Origin: Thermoproteota archaeon | GTDB lineage: Archaea > Thermoproteota > Thermoprotei > Gearchaeales > Gearchaeaceae | Assembly (NCBI GenBank): GCA_032249315.1 | Contig: JAVVGB010000001.1 | Location: 4,072-68,071 of the forward strand | Direction of reading: 5' to 3' | Length of the DNA: 64,000 nt | In this document: positions 45,899 to 56,019 of the stretch, piece by piece | Numbering within the stretch: position 1 is the first letter of the stretch | Layout of the letters: the number at the start of each line of letters is the position of its first letter | Made by a program: the position numbers and the translations under genes | Notes under the pieces: model-generated | Seen by the model: only the letters and a program-made list of their open reading frames with translations | What the model was told of the DNA's origin: nothing | Databases searched by the model: none

Positions 45899-46882
45899 AT
45901 GAATTTTAAAGAATTTGAAGGAAGCAATGTTTTAATTACAGGTGGAGCAGGGTTTATAGGTTCAAATTTAGCTAAGAAACTAGTAGAGCTAGGTGCAAAT
46001 GTTATAGTTGCGGATAATCTTTCCAGAGGAAGTGTGGAAAATTTAAGTGAGATAATTGATAAAATAAAATTTTACAAAGTAGATTTAACAGATATAAATA
46101 ATTGTATAAAAGTTAGCCAAGGAGTCGATTACATTTTTCATTTAGCTTCATCTGTTGGTGGAATTCATTACATTTCAAAGGTAAATGTTGAACAATTATC
46201 TCCTTCTGTAACTATGAATATAAACATGCTTGAAGCTGCTAGAAAAAATGATGTTAAAGGTTTTTTATTTACAAGTTCTGCTTGTGTTTATAGAAACAAA
46301 ACAAATGGATTAAATGTATTTAAAGAAGAAGATGCTTATCCAGCAAATCCACCAACAACATATGGATGGGCAAAAATATTGGGAGAAATAGCATGTAAAG
46401 CTTATTATAAAGACTATGGTATAAAATGTTCAGTTCCTAGAATATTTAATGCTTATGGTGAAAATGAAAATCTTGATCTAAAATGGGCTCATGTAATTCC
46501 ATCATTGATAAGAAAGGCAATAATGTATCCAAAGGAAAGATTTGTAATATTAGGAGACGGAAGTCAACAGAGAGCATTTTTATATGTTCAAGATTGTATT
46601 GAAGGCCTTCTTAGATGCATGTTAAAAGCTAATGATGCTGAGCCAATAAATCTTGGAAACAATGAAGTAGTTACGATAAATGAAGTTGCTTTAAAAATCA
46701 TTAAAATTCTTGGTAAGGAAATAAAATTAGAATATGATCTTAATGGAACAGTAGGAGTAAAAGGATATTGTGCAGACCTAACAAAAATGAAGGAAAAACT
46801 TGATTGGATGCCAAAAATAAAATTGGATGAAGGATTGAAAAGAACAATAGAGTGGGCTTATAAGAAACTAAACAATGTATAA
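45899..46882 (+). CDS. NAD-dependent epimerase/dehydratase (extended SDR; UDP-sugar 4-epimerase or UDP-glucuronate decarboxylase-like)
   Basis: 327 aa with GGAGFIGSNL and YxxxK (YGWAK). Confidence 0.8.
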   Translation: MNFKEFEGSNVLITGGAGFIGSNLAKKLVELGANVIVADNLSRGSVENLSEIIDKIKFYKVDLTDINNCIKVSQGVDYIFHLASSVGGIHYISKVNVEQLSPSVTMNINMLEAARKNDVKGFLFTSSACVYRNKTNGLNVFKEEDAYPANPPTTYGWAKILGEIACKAYYKDYGIKCSVPRIFNAYGENENLDLKWAHVIPSLIRKAIMYPKERFVILGDGSQQRAFLYVQDCIEGLLRCMLKANDAEPINLGNNEVVTINEVALKIIKILGKEIKLEYDLNGTVGVKGYCADLTKMKEKLDWMPKIKLDEGLKRTIEWAYKKLNNV

Positions 46883-47936
46883 AGGTAAAAAAGTTCTTGT
46901 TACAGGAGGAGCATCCTTCATAGGAAGTCATTTGGTGGATAAATTGTTAAAAGAAGGTGCTGAAGTTATTGTAGCTGACAATTTCTCGAGTGGAAGATGG
47001 GAAAATTTACAATACAGTTTTTCAAAAGTTGCAAAAGGAGAATATGTTGCAAAGGAAGCAAATTTAAAGGTTTATGTTGGAGATTTAAAAGATAGAAGAT
47101 TTGTAAGGAAAGTAGTTAAAAATATAGATGTTGTGTTTCATTTAGCAGCAATTCATGGAGGAAGAGGATACATAGCTACGCATCCTGCAGATGTTTGTAC
47201 AGGAATGATAATAGATCAGTTAGTTTTTGAAGAAGCATGTAAAAATAACGTAGAAAGAATATGCTATGCTAGTTCTGCATGTGTTTACCCTGTTTATTTA
47301 CAAGAAGATCCTGAAGGTAATTATAAATTAAAAGAGGAAGATGCCGATCCTTTTACTTATGGTAAAGCTAATGCAGATCTAGAATATGGTTGGAGTAAAC
47401 TAATGGGAGAAATGGCTTTAAAAGCTTATCATAGACAATATGGAATGAAAACATCTTCTGTTAGAATATTTACAGCCTATGGTCCAAGGGAAAATGAAAC
47501 ACATTCTGTTATAGCTTTAATAGCTAAGACCTTCATAAAAATGGATCCATTTGTAATTTGGGGGAATGGTAAGCAAAAAAGAAACTACACTTATATAGAT
47601 GATATTGTAGATGCCTTGATCTTAGCCTGTGAAAAAATCGAAGATGGTACTGCTGTAAATGCTGGAAGAGAAGATAGCATAACGATCAATGAATTAGCTG
47701 AAATGATATTTGAAATAGTTAACTGGAGACCAAATAAGATTGTTTATGATACAAACAAACCTGTTGGAGTATTGTCTAGAGCTGCAGATCTAACTTTAGC
47801 TAGAAAATTACTTAGCTGGGAACCTAAAGTTAGTTATAAAGAAGGATTGAAAAGAACAATAGAATGGTATTTTTCTACAAAAGATCCTGAAGAAATAAAG
47901 AAAAAACTTGATTATTTGCTTTTTGAAAGAAGTTAA
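46875..47936 (+). CDS. NAD-dependent epimerase/dehydratase (second extended SDR paralog)
   Basis: 353 aa with GGASFIGSHL and YGWSK; overlaps the upstream gene by 8 nt. Confidence 0.8.
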   Translation: MYKGKKVLVTGGASFIGSHLVDKLLKEGAEVIVADNFSSGRWENLQYSFSKVAKGEYVAKEANLKVYVGDLKDRRFVRKVVKNIDVVFHLAAIHGGRGYIATHPADVCTGMIIDQLVFEEACKNNVERICYASSACVYPVYLQEDPEGNYKLKEEDADPFTYGKANADLEYGWSKLMGEMALKAYHRQYGMKTSSVRIFTAYGPRENETHSVIALIAKTFIKMDPFVIWGNGKQKRNYTYIDDIVDALILACEKIEDGTAVNAGREDSITINELAEMIFEIVNWRPNKIVYDTNKPVGVLSRAADLTLARKLLSWEPKVSYKEGLKRTIEWYFSTKDPEEIKKKLDYLLFERS

Positions 47937-49642
47937 TGCCACATAGACCAATAACAGTTCTAGGTATAAACGATGGACATGATTGTGGAGCAGCTTTAAT
48001 AAGAGATGGAAAAGTTTTAGCAGCAATACAAGAAGAAAGATTATCAAATATAAAGCATCACAGCGGAATACCTAAATTATCTATAAAAGAAGTATATAAA
48101 ATAGCAAAAGTTGACCCTTCCGAAACAGATGCTATAGCTATAGTAAGTCTAAATCGAGTTTATTCACCTTTGGAAGAATATCCTTTAAAAGTAAAGATAT
48201 TTGAAAAAATTTCTCCTTATATTCATTTTAAATCTTTTGTAAAGCTTTACGTAAAAATACTAAGTAAATTCAGAAATATAAAGGAATTGAAAAAAATATT
48301 TGAAGAATTAGGAATTGATAATAAAGAAGTATTTTTTGTAGAGCATCATTTAGCCCATGCTTCATGTGCTTACAGAACTTCTCCTTTTGGTTACGATGAG
48401 AAAGTTTTAATAATGACCGCAGATGGTGCTGGAGATGGTGTTTCTTCAACAGTTTCAATAGGAGAAAAAGGAGAAATTATAAGAATTGCATGGTCAACTT
48501 TCTATGATTCACTAGGAAATGCATTATATAGCGAAATAACGAGATATTTAGGAATGAAGCCTTGGGATCATGAATATAAAGTAATGGGTCTTGCTCCATA
48601 TGGAAAGCCAGAATATTGCATTGATAAGATGAGAAAAATAATAAGAATAAATCCAAAAAATCCTTTGGAATTTCAGAATACTTTCAGAAGCTACTTGAAA
48701 TCTATGCAGAAAAAATTAAGAAAGCTACTTGAAGGAGAAAGATTTGATAATATAGCTGCTGCATGTCAAGCTTATTATGAAGAATTATTTATACAATGGG
48801 TAAAAAATGCAATAAATATTACAGGAATTCATAAACTAGTATTTGCAGGAGGAAATATACTGAATGTTAAAGCAAATAAAAGAGTTTTGGAAATGGAGGA
48901 AGTTGATGATGCTTTCTTTTATCCTGCAGCTGGAGATGATGGAACTCCTGTTGGTGCTGCTTTACAAATTTACTATGAGCTTTGTAAAAGAGATGGAAGA
49001 AAACCAGAATTTCATCCTTTAGAAGATCTTTATTACGGATGCGAATTTGATGATGATTATATAAGAGAAGTAATAAAGAGAGAAGGATTGGAAAATAAAA
49101 CTGAAAAATATGATGGTATAGAAGAAGTTGTAGGAGAACTATTAGCTAAAGGAGAAATTGTAGCAAGATTTAATGGAAGAGTTGAGTGGGGACCAAGAGC
49201 GTTAGGCAACAGAAGTATTTTAGCAGATCCAAGAGATTTTAGAGTTGTAAGAAAATTAAATAGCGCAATAAAGCAAAGAGATTTTTGGATGCCATTTGCA
49301 CCAACAATACTTGAAGAAAGAATGCATGAATATTTAGTAAATGCGAGACCTGCGAGATATATGATACTTGCCTTTGATACAACAGAAAAAAGAGATGAAA
49401 TAATTGCTGCTATTCATCCCCAAGATTTTACAGCAAGACCCCAAACTTTAAATGAGTGGAATCCTTCTTATAAAAAAATATTAAAAGCTTTTGAAAAAAT
49501 TACAGGAGTTGGAGCCATTTTAAATACAAGTTTTAATTTGCATGGATATCCAATTGTAGGAACACCTGAACTTGCTATATGGACTTTCAAAAATTCAGGC
49601 TTAAAATATTTAGCTATCAGTAATTATTTGATCAAAAAATAA
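47936..49642 (+). CDS. NodU/CmcH-family carbamoyltransferase
   Basis: 568 aa with an N-terminal Kae1/HypF-like domain (ITVLGINDGHDCGAALIRDGKVLAAIQEERLSNIKH) and a C-terminal carbamoyltransferase domain. Confidence 0.8.
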   Translation: MPHRPITVLGINDGHDCGAALIRDGKVLAAIQEERLSNIKHHSGIPKLSIKEVYKIAKVDPSETDAIAIVSLNRVYSPLEEYPLKVKIFEKISPYIHFKSFVKLYVKILSKFRNIKELKKIFEELGIDNKEVFFVEHHLAHASCAYRTSPFGYDEKVLIMTADGAGDGVSSTVSIGEKGEIIRIAWSTFYDSLGNALYSEITRYLGMKPWDHEYKVMGLAPYGKPEYCIDKMRKIIRINPKNPLEFQNTFRSYLKSMQKKLRKLLEGERFDNIAAACQAYYEELFIQWVKNAINITGIHKLVFAGGNILNVKANKRVLEMEEVDDAFFYPAAGDDGTPVGAALQIYYELCKRDGRKPEFHPLEDLYYGCEFDDDYIREVIKREGLENKTEKYDGIEEVVGELLAKGEIVARFNGRVEWGPRALGNRSILADPRDFRVVRKLNSAIKQRDFWMPFAPTILEERMHEYLVNARPARYMILAFDTTEKRDEIIAAIHPQDFTARPQTLNEWNPSYKKILKAFEKITGVGAILNTSFNLHGYPIVGTPELAIWTFKNSGLKYLAISNYLIKK

Positions 49643-49710
49643 TTCTTTAAATGAGATGAAGTTTTCTCCATGATAAAAGTTTTTAAACAATAAAGTGATT
49701 AATTAATAAA

Positions 49711-50052
49711 ATGCTTAGCTTATCATTTTCAGATCTATCAAGATTTTATAAATCATGCTTAAGAAGAGGATTATGGAACAACCTTTCAGCTATGGATAAA
49801 GCATTTTACATTGCTTGCATGAAACTATCAAAAATTAAAAAGATAATAAACAAGGAGATCATTGAATCAGTAATATCAATAATGAAGAAGTTAAATTCCT
49901 TTAAAGAAAAAATAATGAAAAAAGGGAAAGAAATTGCAGAAGTGTTATCAAAAAGCAAAACAGCTGCAATGATACCAAAAATAAAAGATTGGTTAAAAGA
50001 TCCTAATTATATCTTTTGGTTAGGATTAACATATTCAAATTTAAAAAGATAA
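49711..50052 (+). CDS. hypothetical protein (113 aa)
   Basis: ORF track only. Confidence 0.3.
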   Translation: MLSLSFSDLSRFYKSCLRRGLWNNLSAMDKAFYIACMKLSKIKKIINKEIIESVISIMKKLNSFKEKIMKKGKEIAEVLSKSKTAAMIPKIKDWLKDPNYIFWLGLTYSNLKR

Positions 50053-50092
50053 ATATTCCATTCTTAAAAAATTAAACCTCACAAATCCTTAT

Positions 50093-50914
50093 ATGACTAA
50101 GAACAAGCTTACAATTGATCACGTATTGCCAAGATTAAAAGAATTATTTGAAAAGTTTGAAAATGTTGAAACAGCAATATTATTTGGTTCCATAGCAAGA
50201 AATAAGTTCAGTGTTCATGACATAGATATAGCCCTAAAATTAAATAAAGAAGACCTGCTAGAAACTGGATACATTATAACCCAGATAGCAAAAACACTAC
50301 ATATCAATGAAGATCATATAGATATTGTGCTCTTAAACCAAGCAAATCCAATAACGCTCTCAAAAATACTCAAAGAAGGTATCATAATCAAAGCACAACC
50401 TAATATTATTGAACAACTCTTACAAAAAGCAGAGCAAGCGCCAGATGCCATAATGGAGATTGAGCATTGGGCAACTTTTGATCCAAAATTAGATAAAATG
50501 GTCATTATATCAAGAACAGAAGAAATCAGAAGAAACACAGAATTCATTAAAAGCGAAATACTATCGAAGAAAATCGAAGACTTAAATTACAAAGATATGC
50601 TAGCCCTAGAAAGAGCTATGCAAAAAATCATAGAAGCTATGCTTGATATATGCAGACATCTAGTTTCAGTTTACTTGCTTGATTTGGCTGAAAGTTATGA
50701 AGAATATCCACAAAAACTAACAAGAGCAAACAAAATGTCTAAAGACTTAGCAGAATATATAACAAGACTTGTAGGCTTAAGAAACATGCTTGTGAATCAA
50801 TACTTAGAAATTAGTAACGAAATTCTTTATCAAACAGCTAATGAAACAACAGAAAAAATAGTAAGCAAATTCATTGAATGGACAAAAACTATTGATTTAA
50901 ATTACGGTCGTTAA
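50093..50914 (+). CDS. two-domain protein: minimal nucleotidyltransferase (MntA-like) fused to a HEPN/DUF86-like domain
   Basis: The N-terminus has GSIARNKFSVHDIDIAL (G[SG]x9-13DxD NTase motif). The C-terminus has LVGLRNMLVNQY at the position of the HepT RNxxxHxY motif, with His replaced by Asn. Codon usage is more C-rich than the neighbouring genes. Confidence 0.55.
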   Translation: MTKNKLTIDHVLPRLKELFEKFENVETAILFGSIARNKFSVHDIDIALKLNKEDLLETGYIITQIAKTLHINEDHIDIVLLNQANPITLSKILKEGIIIKAQPNIIEQLLQKAEQAPDAIMEIEHWATFDPKLDKMVIISRTEEIRRNTEFIKSEILSKKIEDLNYKDMLALERAMQKIIEAMLDICRHLVSVYLLDLAESYEEYPQKLTRANKMSKDLAEYITRLVGLRNMLVNQYLEISNEILYQTANETTEKIVSKFIEWTKTIDLNYGR

Positions 50915-50948
50915 ACCAATAATCTAACAAAGATTACTAAAGCAAGAA

Positions 50949-52151
50949 ATGAGTAAAATTAAGATATTACTAGTCTGCGAACAACCTTTACCTTCCAAGA
51001 AAAGAGCAGGAAGACCGAATTATAGCGTTAAATATCTTTCAGAATTAGGAAACGATATAACGGTTATTTGTCCTAAATCAGATTTGCCAGAAGATAATTT
51101 AGCTAATTACGAATATATAAATTTAGAATTTAAGCAATTCAACATCTTTTCAAGGATAAAAATAACGAGAGAAATGAAGAAGAAAATAAAAGAACTATGC
51201 AAAAAAGAAAAATTTGATATAATTAGAACTATTAATATCGTGCCAACTTACGCAGCAATATCAAACAAAAAAGAAATAAAAATACCAATTTATGCAGAGC
51301 TAACCGACTTCATCAGCGACCTTTATATTCAATTTGATATGCCTCTTAAAAGTTTAGTAGTACCTTTTTTAAAAAGAAAGGAAAGGAAGATAGCCAGAAC
51401 AGTAGATTATGCAAACGTTGAAACAGACTTAGGCAGAGACTTTTGGCATGAGTATGGTCTTAACAAAGAGAAAGTTGCAGTAATACCAAATGGTGTTGAT
51501 ATAGAGCATTTTAATCCTGATAAAATAAATCCTGATATGATAAAAAGTAAGCTTGAACTGAATGATAAAGTAATTTTTTACCATGGTGACATGGGACTTT
51601 ATGATGGAGTTCATTTATTGATAAAAGCTTTTAATAAACTAAAAGAAAAAGCTTCTCTATTAATTGTAGGAGAAGGTAAGCCAAATTATATGAATTATTT
51701 AAGATCTTTAATAAATGAAAATGGTTTAGCTAAAGAAGTTAAACTAACAGGATGGATAGAATATGAAGAATTGCCAAACTATATAGCTTCAGCATCATTA
51801 TGCGCATTACCTTTATTACCTGTAACAAGAATGAACCGCGCAAATCTTCATACAAGAATAAGAGAATATTTAAGCATGTGCAAGCCTTTTTTGGTTACGA
51901 AAACTGAAGGTATTTCAAGATCTTTGGGCAATGTAGCAAGGTATTTTAGAGATCCTTCAAACGTAGATATGATTGCTGAAGATTTGGCTCTTGCTTTGAA
52001 AGAAGTTGAAAATAAAGATTTCAGCTTTATGCGAAACATTGCTAAAAAATTGGATTGGAAAAATATAATTTATCAGGATTTCAAGGTTATGGAAGCGATA
52101 GTTGAAGGTAATGTTAAAGATCTAAGAGAGTTCGATTTGAAGCTGAATTGA
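50949..52151 (+). CDS. GT4-family glycosyltransferase
   Basis: 400 aa with a GT-B C-domain (FYHGDMGLYDGV…IVGEG…). Confidence 0.65.
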   Translation: MSKIKILLVCEQPLPSKKRAGRPNYSVKYLSELGNDITVICPKSDLPEDNLANYEYINLEFKQFNIFSRIKITREMKKKIKELCKKEKFDIIRTINIVPTYAAISNKKEIKIPIYAELTDFISDLYIQFDMPLKSLVVPFLKRKERKIARTVDYANVETDLGRDFWHEYGLNKEKVAVIPNGVDIEHFNPDKINPDMIKSKLELNDKVIFYHGDMGLYDGVHLLIKAFNKLKEKASLLIVGEGKPNYMNYLRSLINENGLAKEVKLTGWIEYEELPNYIASASLCALPLLPVTRMNRANLHTRIREYLSMCKPFLVTKTEGISRSLGNVARYFRDPSNVDMIAEDLALALKEVENKDFSFMRNIAKKLDWKNIIYQDFKVMEAIVEGNVKDLREFDLKLN

Positions 52152-52192
52152 TAACATTAAACAAAGAGTGTTAAAACCTTAAATTACAATAT

Positions 52193-52903
52193 ATGAAAAC
52201 ATTAATCGATTACGTTCTAAATAAACAGTCTTTTAAACATTTCATAAAAAATCCATCTGATCTCAGATTTATAATTCATTATTTAGAGAGAGAGCACAAA
52301 TTGGTCAAATTAACAGGAGAAGAAAAGGTGAAAATTAAAAGAGTACTGAATGAAGCTGAAAATATAAGAGAATATATTACTGATAAACTCTCAAAAATTC
52401 CTGCTTTTCATGGAGCTATGGTTTCTCCTTTAGAAGGACCAATAATTTATACAATAATTAGATGTCTTAAACCTAGAATAGTAATTGAAACGGGAGTAGC
52501 TAACGGAGCCTCTTCAACTTTCATATTAAGCGCTCTTGAAAAGAATAATTTAGGTAAACTTTATAGCATAGATTTGCCAAGTAAAGACCTTTTATTAAAG
52601 GAAGAAATAGGATGGCTAGTACCACAATCCTTAAGGCATAGATGGGAACTGATCATTGGCGACTCAAGAATTGTTTTACCAAAATTGCTAGCTGAGCTAG
52701 GTCATGTGGATATATTTCTTCACGACTCATTACATACACTAGAACATATACTTTTCGAGTTAAAAGAGTCTTATAATTACATACCAAAAGGAGGATTTTT
52801 AATTGTAGATGATATAAACGTCGATTGGATAAGAATAGTTAATCAAAAAATTAAAACAGACAAATTTGAACTATTCTATGATTTGCTTGTTTTAAAGAAA
52901 TAA
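52193..52903 (+). CDS. class I SAM-dependent methyltransferase, TylF/CmcI (macrocin-O-MT / cephalosporin hydroxylase) family
   Basis: 236 aa with IVIETGVANGASSTFI (motif I) and …GDSRIVLPKL…. Confidence 0.6.
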   Translation: MKTLIDYVLNKQSFKHFIKNPSDLRFIIHYLEREHKLVKLTGEEKVKIKRVLNEAENIREYITDKLSKIPAFHGAMVSPLEGPIIYTIIRCLKPRIVIETGVANGASSTFILSALEKNNLGKLYSIDLPSKDLLLKEEIGWLVPQSLRHRWELIIGDSRIVLPKLLAELGHVDIFLHDSLHTLEHILFELKESYNYIPKGGFLIVDDINVDWIRIVNQKIKTDKFELFYDLLVLKK

Positions 52904-52939
52904 TGTTATTGAAAATACTGGAATTTTGAGTAGTACAAA

Positions 52940-54079
52940 TTGATAGTTTTAAGATTGATAGGAGAATTTGGAAGCGGATTCACAGGCCCTTCAAAGCAAG
53001 CATATCTTTTAACCAAAGGTTTGGAAAATAAAGGAATTAGCTCAATAATTTTAACCTTTAAAAAGGGATCAGTAAATTTAAAGAGAAGTAAGATAATTGA
53101 ATATAAGCCATTTTTTGGCGCGGGCCATTACAAGCTATCTTTGAAAATGTTGCTAGATTCTTTAAGGAAAGATTACAATATAATTCATGTTCATGGCTAC
53201 AGGAATTTCCAGACCGATGCTGGGGCTATATCCTCTTTCCTTAGAAAAGTACCTTTAATAATTACAACGCATGGAACTGTTAGAGGCTATGAATTCTTGG
53301 ATTTAGATTTGAAATCAAGATTGCCAAATATAATCTATGATGCAATAACAATGAAGTTTTCTTTAAAAATAGCAAAGATAATCGTTGCTACGTCAAAAAG
53401 TGAAGCGAAAGAGTTAATTAGTTTTGGAATTCCAGAAAATAAAATAAAAATAATACCAAACGGTATAGAATTTCCAAATATTAATATAAAGAAGAAAGAT
53501 AAAGGAACAATAAATTTACTTACTGTAAGCAGATTAACTTATAAAAATAATTTAGAAATGGCAATTAAAGCTTTTTATGAAGCTTATAAAAGAAATAATA
53601 AGCTTCGTTATATAATAGTCGGAGATGTGATTCCTAGCAGATATGGAAAAGAAGAGAAAGGATACAAAGAAATGCTAATTAAATTATGCAAGGATTTAGG
53701 TTTGCAAGACAAAGTGATCTTCAAAGGATGGCTAAGCGGTGAAGAATTATGGAAAGTTTACTGCAATTCAGATTTATTTATATGGAGCTCAAGATATGAT
53801 AACTTTGCACATGCATTAGTTGAAGCAGCTTACTTTAAATTACCGATTATAAGTACGCCTGTTGGTATAGTTGAGGAGCTTATAGGAAAAGAAGGAGGCT
53901 TCATTGTAAGTCATGAAAATTATAAGGAAATGAGTGAAAGAATAATTGAAATTGTAGAAAATCCTAAACTAATGATAGAGATGGGTGAGCATAATCATAA
54001 GCAATCTTTAAATTATAGCTATGAAAGAATGGTGGGAGAATATTACAAATTATATAAAGAAGTATTGCAATATAAGTAA
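52940..54079 (+). CDS. GT4-family glycosyltransferase
   Basis: 379 aa with EAAYFKLPIISTPVGIVEELI (E-x7-E-type C-terminal motif). Confidence 0.7.
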   Translation: MIVLRLIGEFGSGFTGPSKQAYLLTKGLENKGISSIILTFKKGSVNLKRSKIIEYKPFFGAGHYKLSLKMLLDSLRKDYNIIHVHGYRNFQTDAGAISSFLRKVPLIITTHGTVRGYEFLDLDLKSRLPNIIYDAITMKFSLKIAKIIVATSKSEAKELISFGIPENKIKIIPNGIEFPNINIKKKDKGTINLLTVSRLTYKNNLEMAIKAFYEAYKRNNKLRYIIVGDVIPSRYGKEEKGYKEMLIKLCKDLGLQDKVIFKGWLSGEELWKVYCNSDLFIWSSRYDNFAHALVEAAYFKLPIISTPVGIVEELIGKEGGFIVSHENYKEMSERIIEIVENPKLMIEMGEHNHKQSLNYSYERMVGEYYKLYKEVLQYK

Positions 54080-54092
54080 GAACAACAAAACA

Positions 54093-54452
54093 ATGGGCCA
54101 CATTTACGTTACAGCTAAGTTGGGAGATCCGCTCAAGCAAAAGGTTAGAGATGTTAAAATGCTTGTTGATACCGGTGCAACATATCCATGTATCCCTAAA
54201 TGGCTGGCCGAAGCGTTAGGTTTGAGATTGGAATTTAAGACTATGGTCACATTAGCTGATGGAAGGATGGTTGAGGCATGGTATACGACAGCTTATCTAG
54301 AAATTATGGGAAAAGGTGATTTGATTCCAATTAGAGTTTTCGATGTTGATGAGCCATTACTTGAAGTCTTTGCACTTGAAGCCTTAGGATTAGCTGTGGA
54401 TCCTGTGTCAGGAGAAATTAAGCCTACGAGAACCTTCATAGCAAGGGCTTAA
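54093..54452 (+). CDS. retropepsin-like (clan AA) aspartic protease, single domain (~119 aa from M25)
   Basis: LVDTGAT is the D-T/S-G-A catalytic motif, followed by a flap and a C-terminal strand. GC is about 42% against about 30% in flanking genes. The ORF-track start at 54021 lies inside the upstream GT4 gene; ATG 54093 is more plausible. Confidence 0.55.
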   Translation: MGHIYVTAKLGDPLKQKVRDVKMLVDTGATYPCIPKWLAEALGLRLEFKTMVTLADGRMVEAWYTTAYLEIMGKGDLIPIRVFDVDEPLLEVFALEALGLAVDPVSGEIKPTRTFIARA

Positions 54453-54503
54453 TTAACAGTCACGGCGAGTTGGATGCTTTCTTTACCATAAGAGTCAATT
54501 AAC

Positions 54504-54752
54504 ATGTTAAGGAGGAATATTGTGAATACTAATAAGATTAAGCTCTTATTTGCGCCCGGATTAGAAGTTGAGTTCGTTGATAGAGAAAGAGCTATAAAAC
54601 AGGTGGAAGAGTTTGCTGAGAAAGGTACTAGATTCCCGATAGTTGTCTTCGGGCCTGAAGGTTGTGGCAAAACCGCATGGTTAAAACAAGCTACTTTTAT
54701 TTTACGGGAACTTGGTTTTGAAGCTATTTATATTGATCCATTACATACGTAA
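54504..54752 (+). pseudogene. truncated N-terminal fragment (82 aa) duplicating the downstream AAA ATPase
   Basis: KLLFAPGLEVEFVDRERAIKQVEEFAEKGTRFPIVVFGPEGCGKTAWLKQATFILRELGFEAIYIDPL aligns residue-for-residue with residues 11-78 of the 54861..55892 protein, then stops. Confidence 0.5.
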
Positions 54753-54860
54753 GTACAAGAAGGGATGGAAAATATATGCAAAGATATAAAAAAATTAGGA
54801 ATACCATTCATAATATATTCATGAGACCCCTAAAATAGTAACAGTGCAGCATAAATTAGA

Positions 54861-55892
54861 ATGCAACCCTTGAGTAGCAATGTGAAAAGAATAAGGCTAC
54901 GCTTTGATGATCTTCAAATTGAATTTACAGCTAGAGACAGGGCGCTTAGTCAAGTATCTGAATGGGCTGATAGAGGCACCGGAAATCCAGTAGTAATCTT
55001 CGGACCTGAGGGTTGCGGAAAGTCTGCCTTCTTGCTACAAGCAACAGCAATGCTTAAAGAGATGGGCTACGATGTCTTCTACCTACACCCTCTGGACAAA
55101 ATCTTCGAAGCAGAGATAGAGGAGATAGACGTGAAAAGAGCGTTTCTAGACTTTGTCCAAAGAGCGGCAGCAGAGGATGCTTTGGGCAGAGTAGCATGGG
55201 CAGTATTCGATTTCGTACGCGAAGGATTAAAGAGAAGAAAAAGGAAAGTGGCCGTAATAGCTGATGACGTGTTTCAAGCAATAGGACTCAATAGAGCGGC
55301 AATTTATGTAAAAGGTCTGCTGAACATGATAGAACACCCATTCTACAACTACGAAAAAATGGTTGTGCTAGTAGCGACCAGCGAGGGCTTAACTCGCTAT
55401 GAAATCGGCAGGCACAGGTGGGCTTATATATTACCCATGTGGAACATGAACAGGGAAGAGTTCGAGCAACTCTACCAGAAAATACCAGGCCCGAAACCAT
55501 CACTTGAAGAGGCATGGAAGCTAACAGGAGGAAATCCTTACATGCTACAGGAGCTGTACAGAAAGCAGTGGAACGCGGATGATACGGTAACAGGTATCAT
55601 CGAAGTAAAATCTTTGAGAGACTTCATCTTTGCACTGACGAAAGAAGAGAGGGCATGGCTGATAGAGGCTCTAGATGATCCTGACACACTCTATACAAGA
55701 GAGAGGTTGCCTCTACTGCACAAGTTGGTTGAAATAAATCTTGCAGTAAGTAGTATGTACAGCAGAATTCCGAATCTTTGGATAGACATACCACCTCCCG
55801 AAAAGGACCTAGAGCTGGGCATAGGAAAATATGCTTCATGGCAAACACCCCTTCATCGAGAAGCCATAAGAAGGATACTTATGAAAGTATGA
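54861..55892 (+). CDS. archaeal-type AAA ATPase (Arch_ATPase/PF01637-like)
   Basis: 343 aa with Walker A GPEGCGKS, Walker B VAVIADDVFQ and an alpha-helical C-terminal part. GC is about 47%, the highest in the window. Confidence 0.6.
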   Translation: MQPLSSNVKRIRLRFDDLQIEFTARDRALSQVSEWADRGTGNPVVIFGPEGCGKSAFLLQATAMLKEMGYDVFYLHPLDKIFEAEIEEIDVKRAFLDFVQRAAAEDALGRVAWAVFDFVREGLKRRKRKVAVIADDVFQAIGLNRAAIYVKGLLNMIEHPFYNYEKMVVLVATSEGLTRYEIGRHRWAYILPMWNMNREEFEQLYQKIPGPKPSLEEAWKLTGGNPYMLQELYRKQWNADDTVTGIIEVKSLRDFIFALTKEERAWLIEALDDPDTLYTRERLPLLHKLVEINLAVSSMYSRIPNLWIDIPPPEKDLELGIGKYASWQTPLHREAIRRILMKV

Positions 55893-56019
55893 AACCTATA
55901 GCGCTTAGGAGCATTATACCAATCCGCCCTCATCCTCAGATAAAATATAGGTAATCATGTATTGTTGTTCTAAATAGAGATAACTAAAATTGATCAAAAA
56001 TAAGTAGAGAAATAGCAGA

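Noticed and set aside
55054-55848. Three minus-strand ORFs of 74-75 aa (55054..55281, 55288..55515, 55624..55848) inside the GC-rich ATPase gene
   Set aside because: They are antisense to a well-supported Walker-motif ATPase ORF. Long antisense frames are expected in GC-rich DNA embedded in an AT-rich genome, and they have no motifs.
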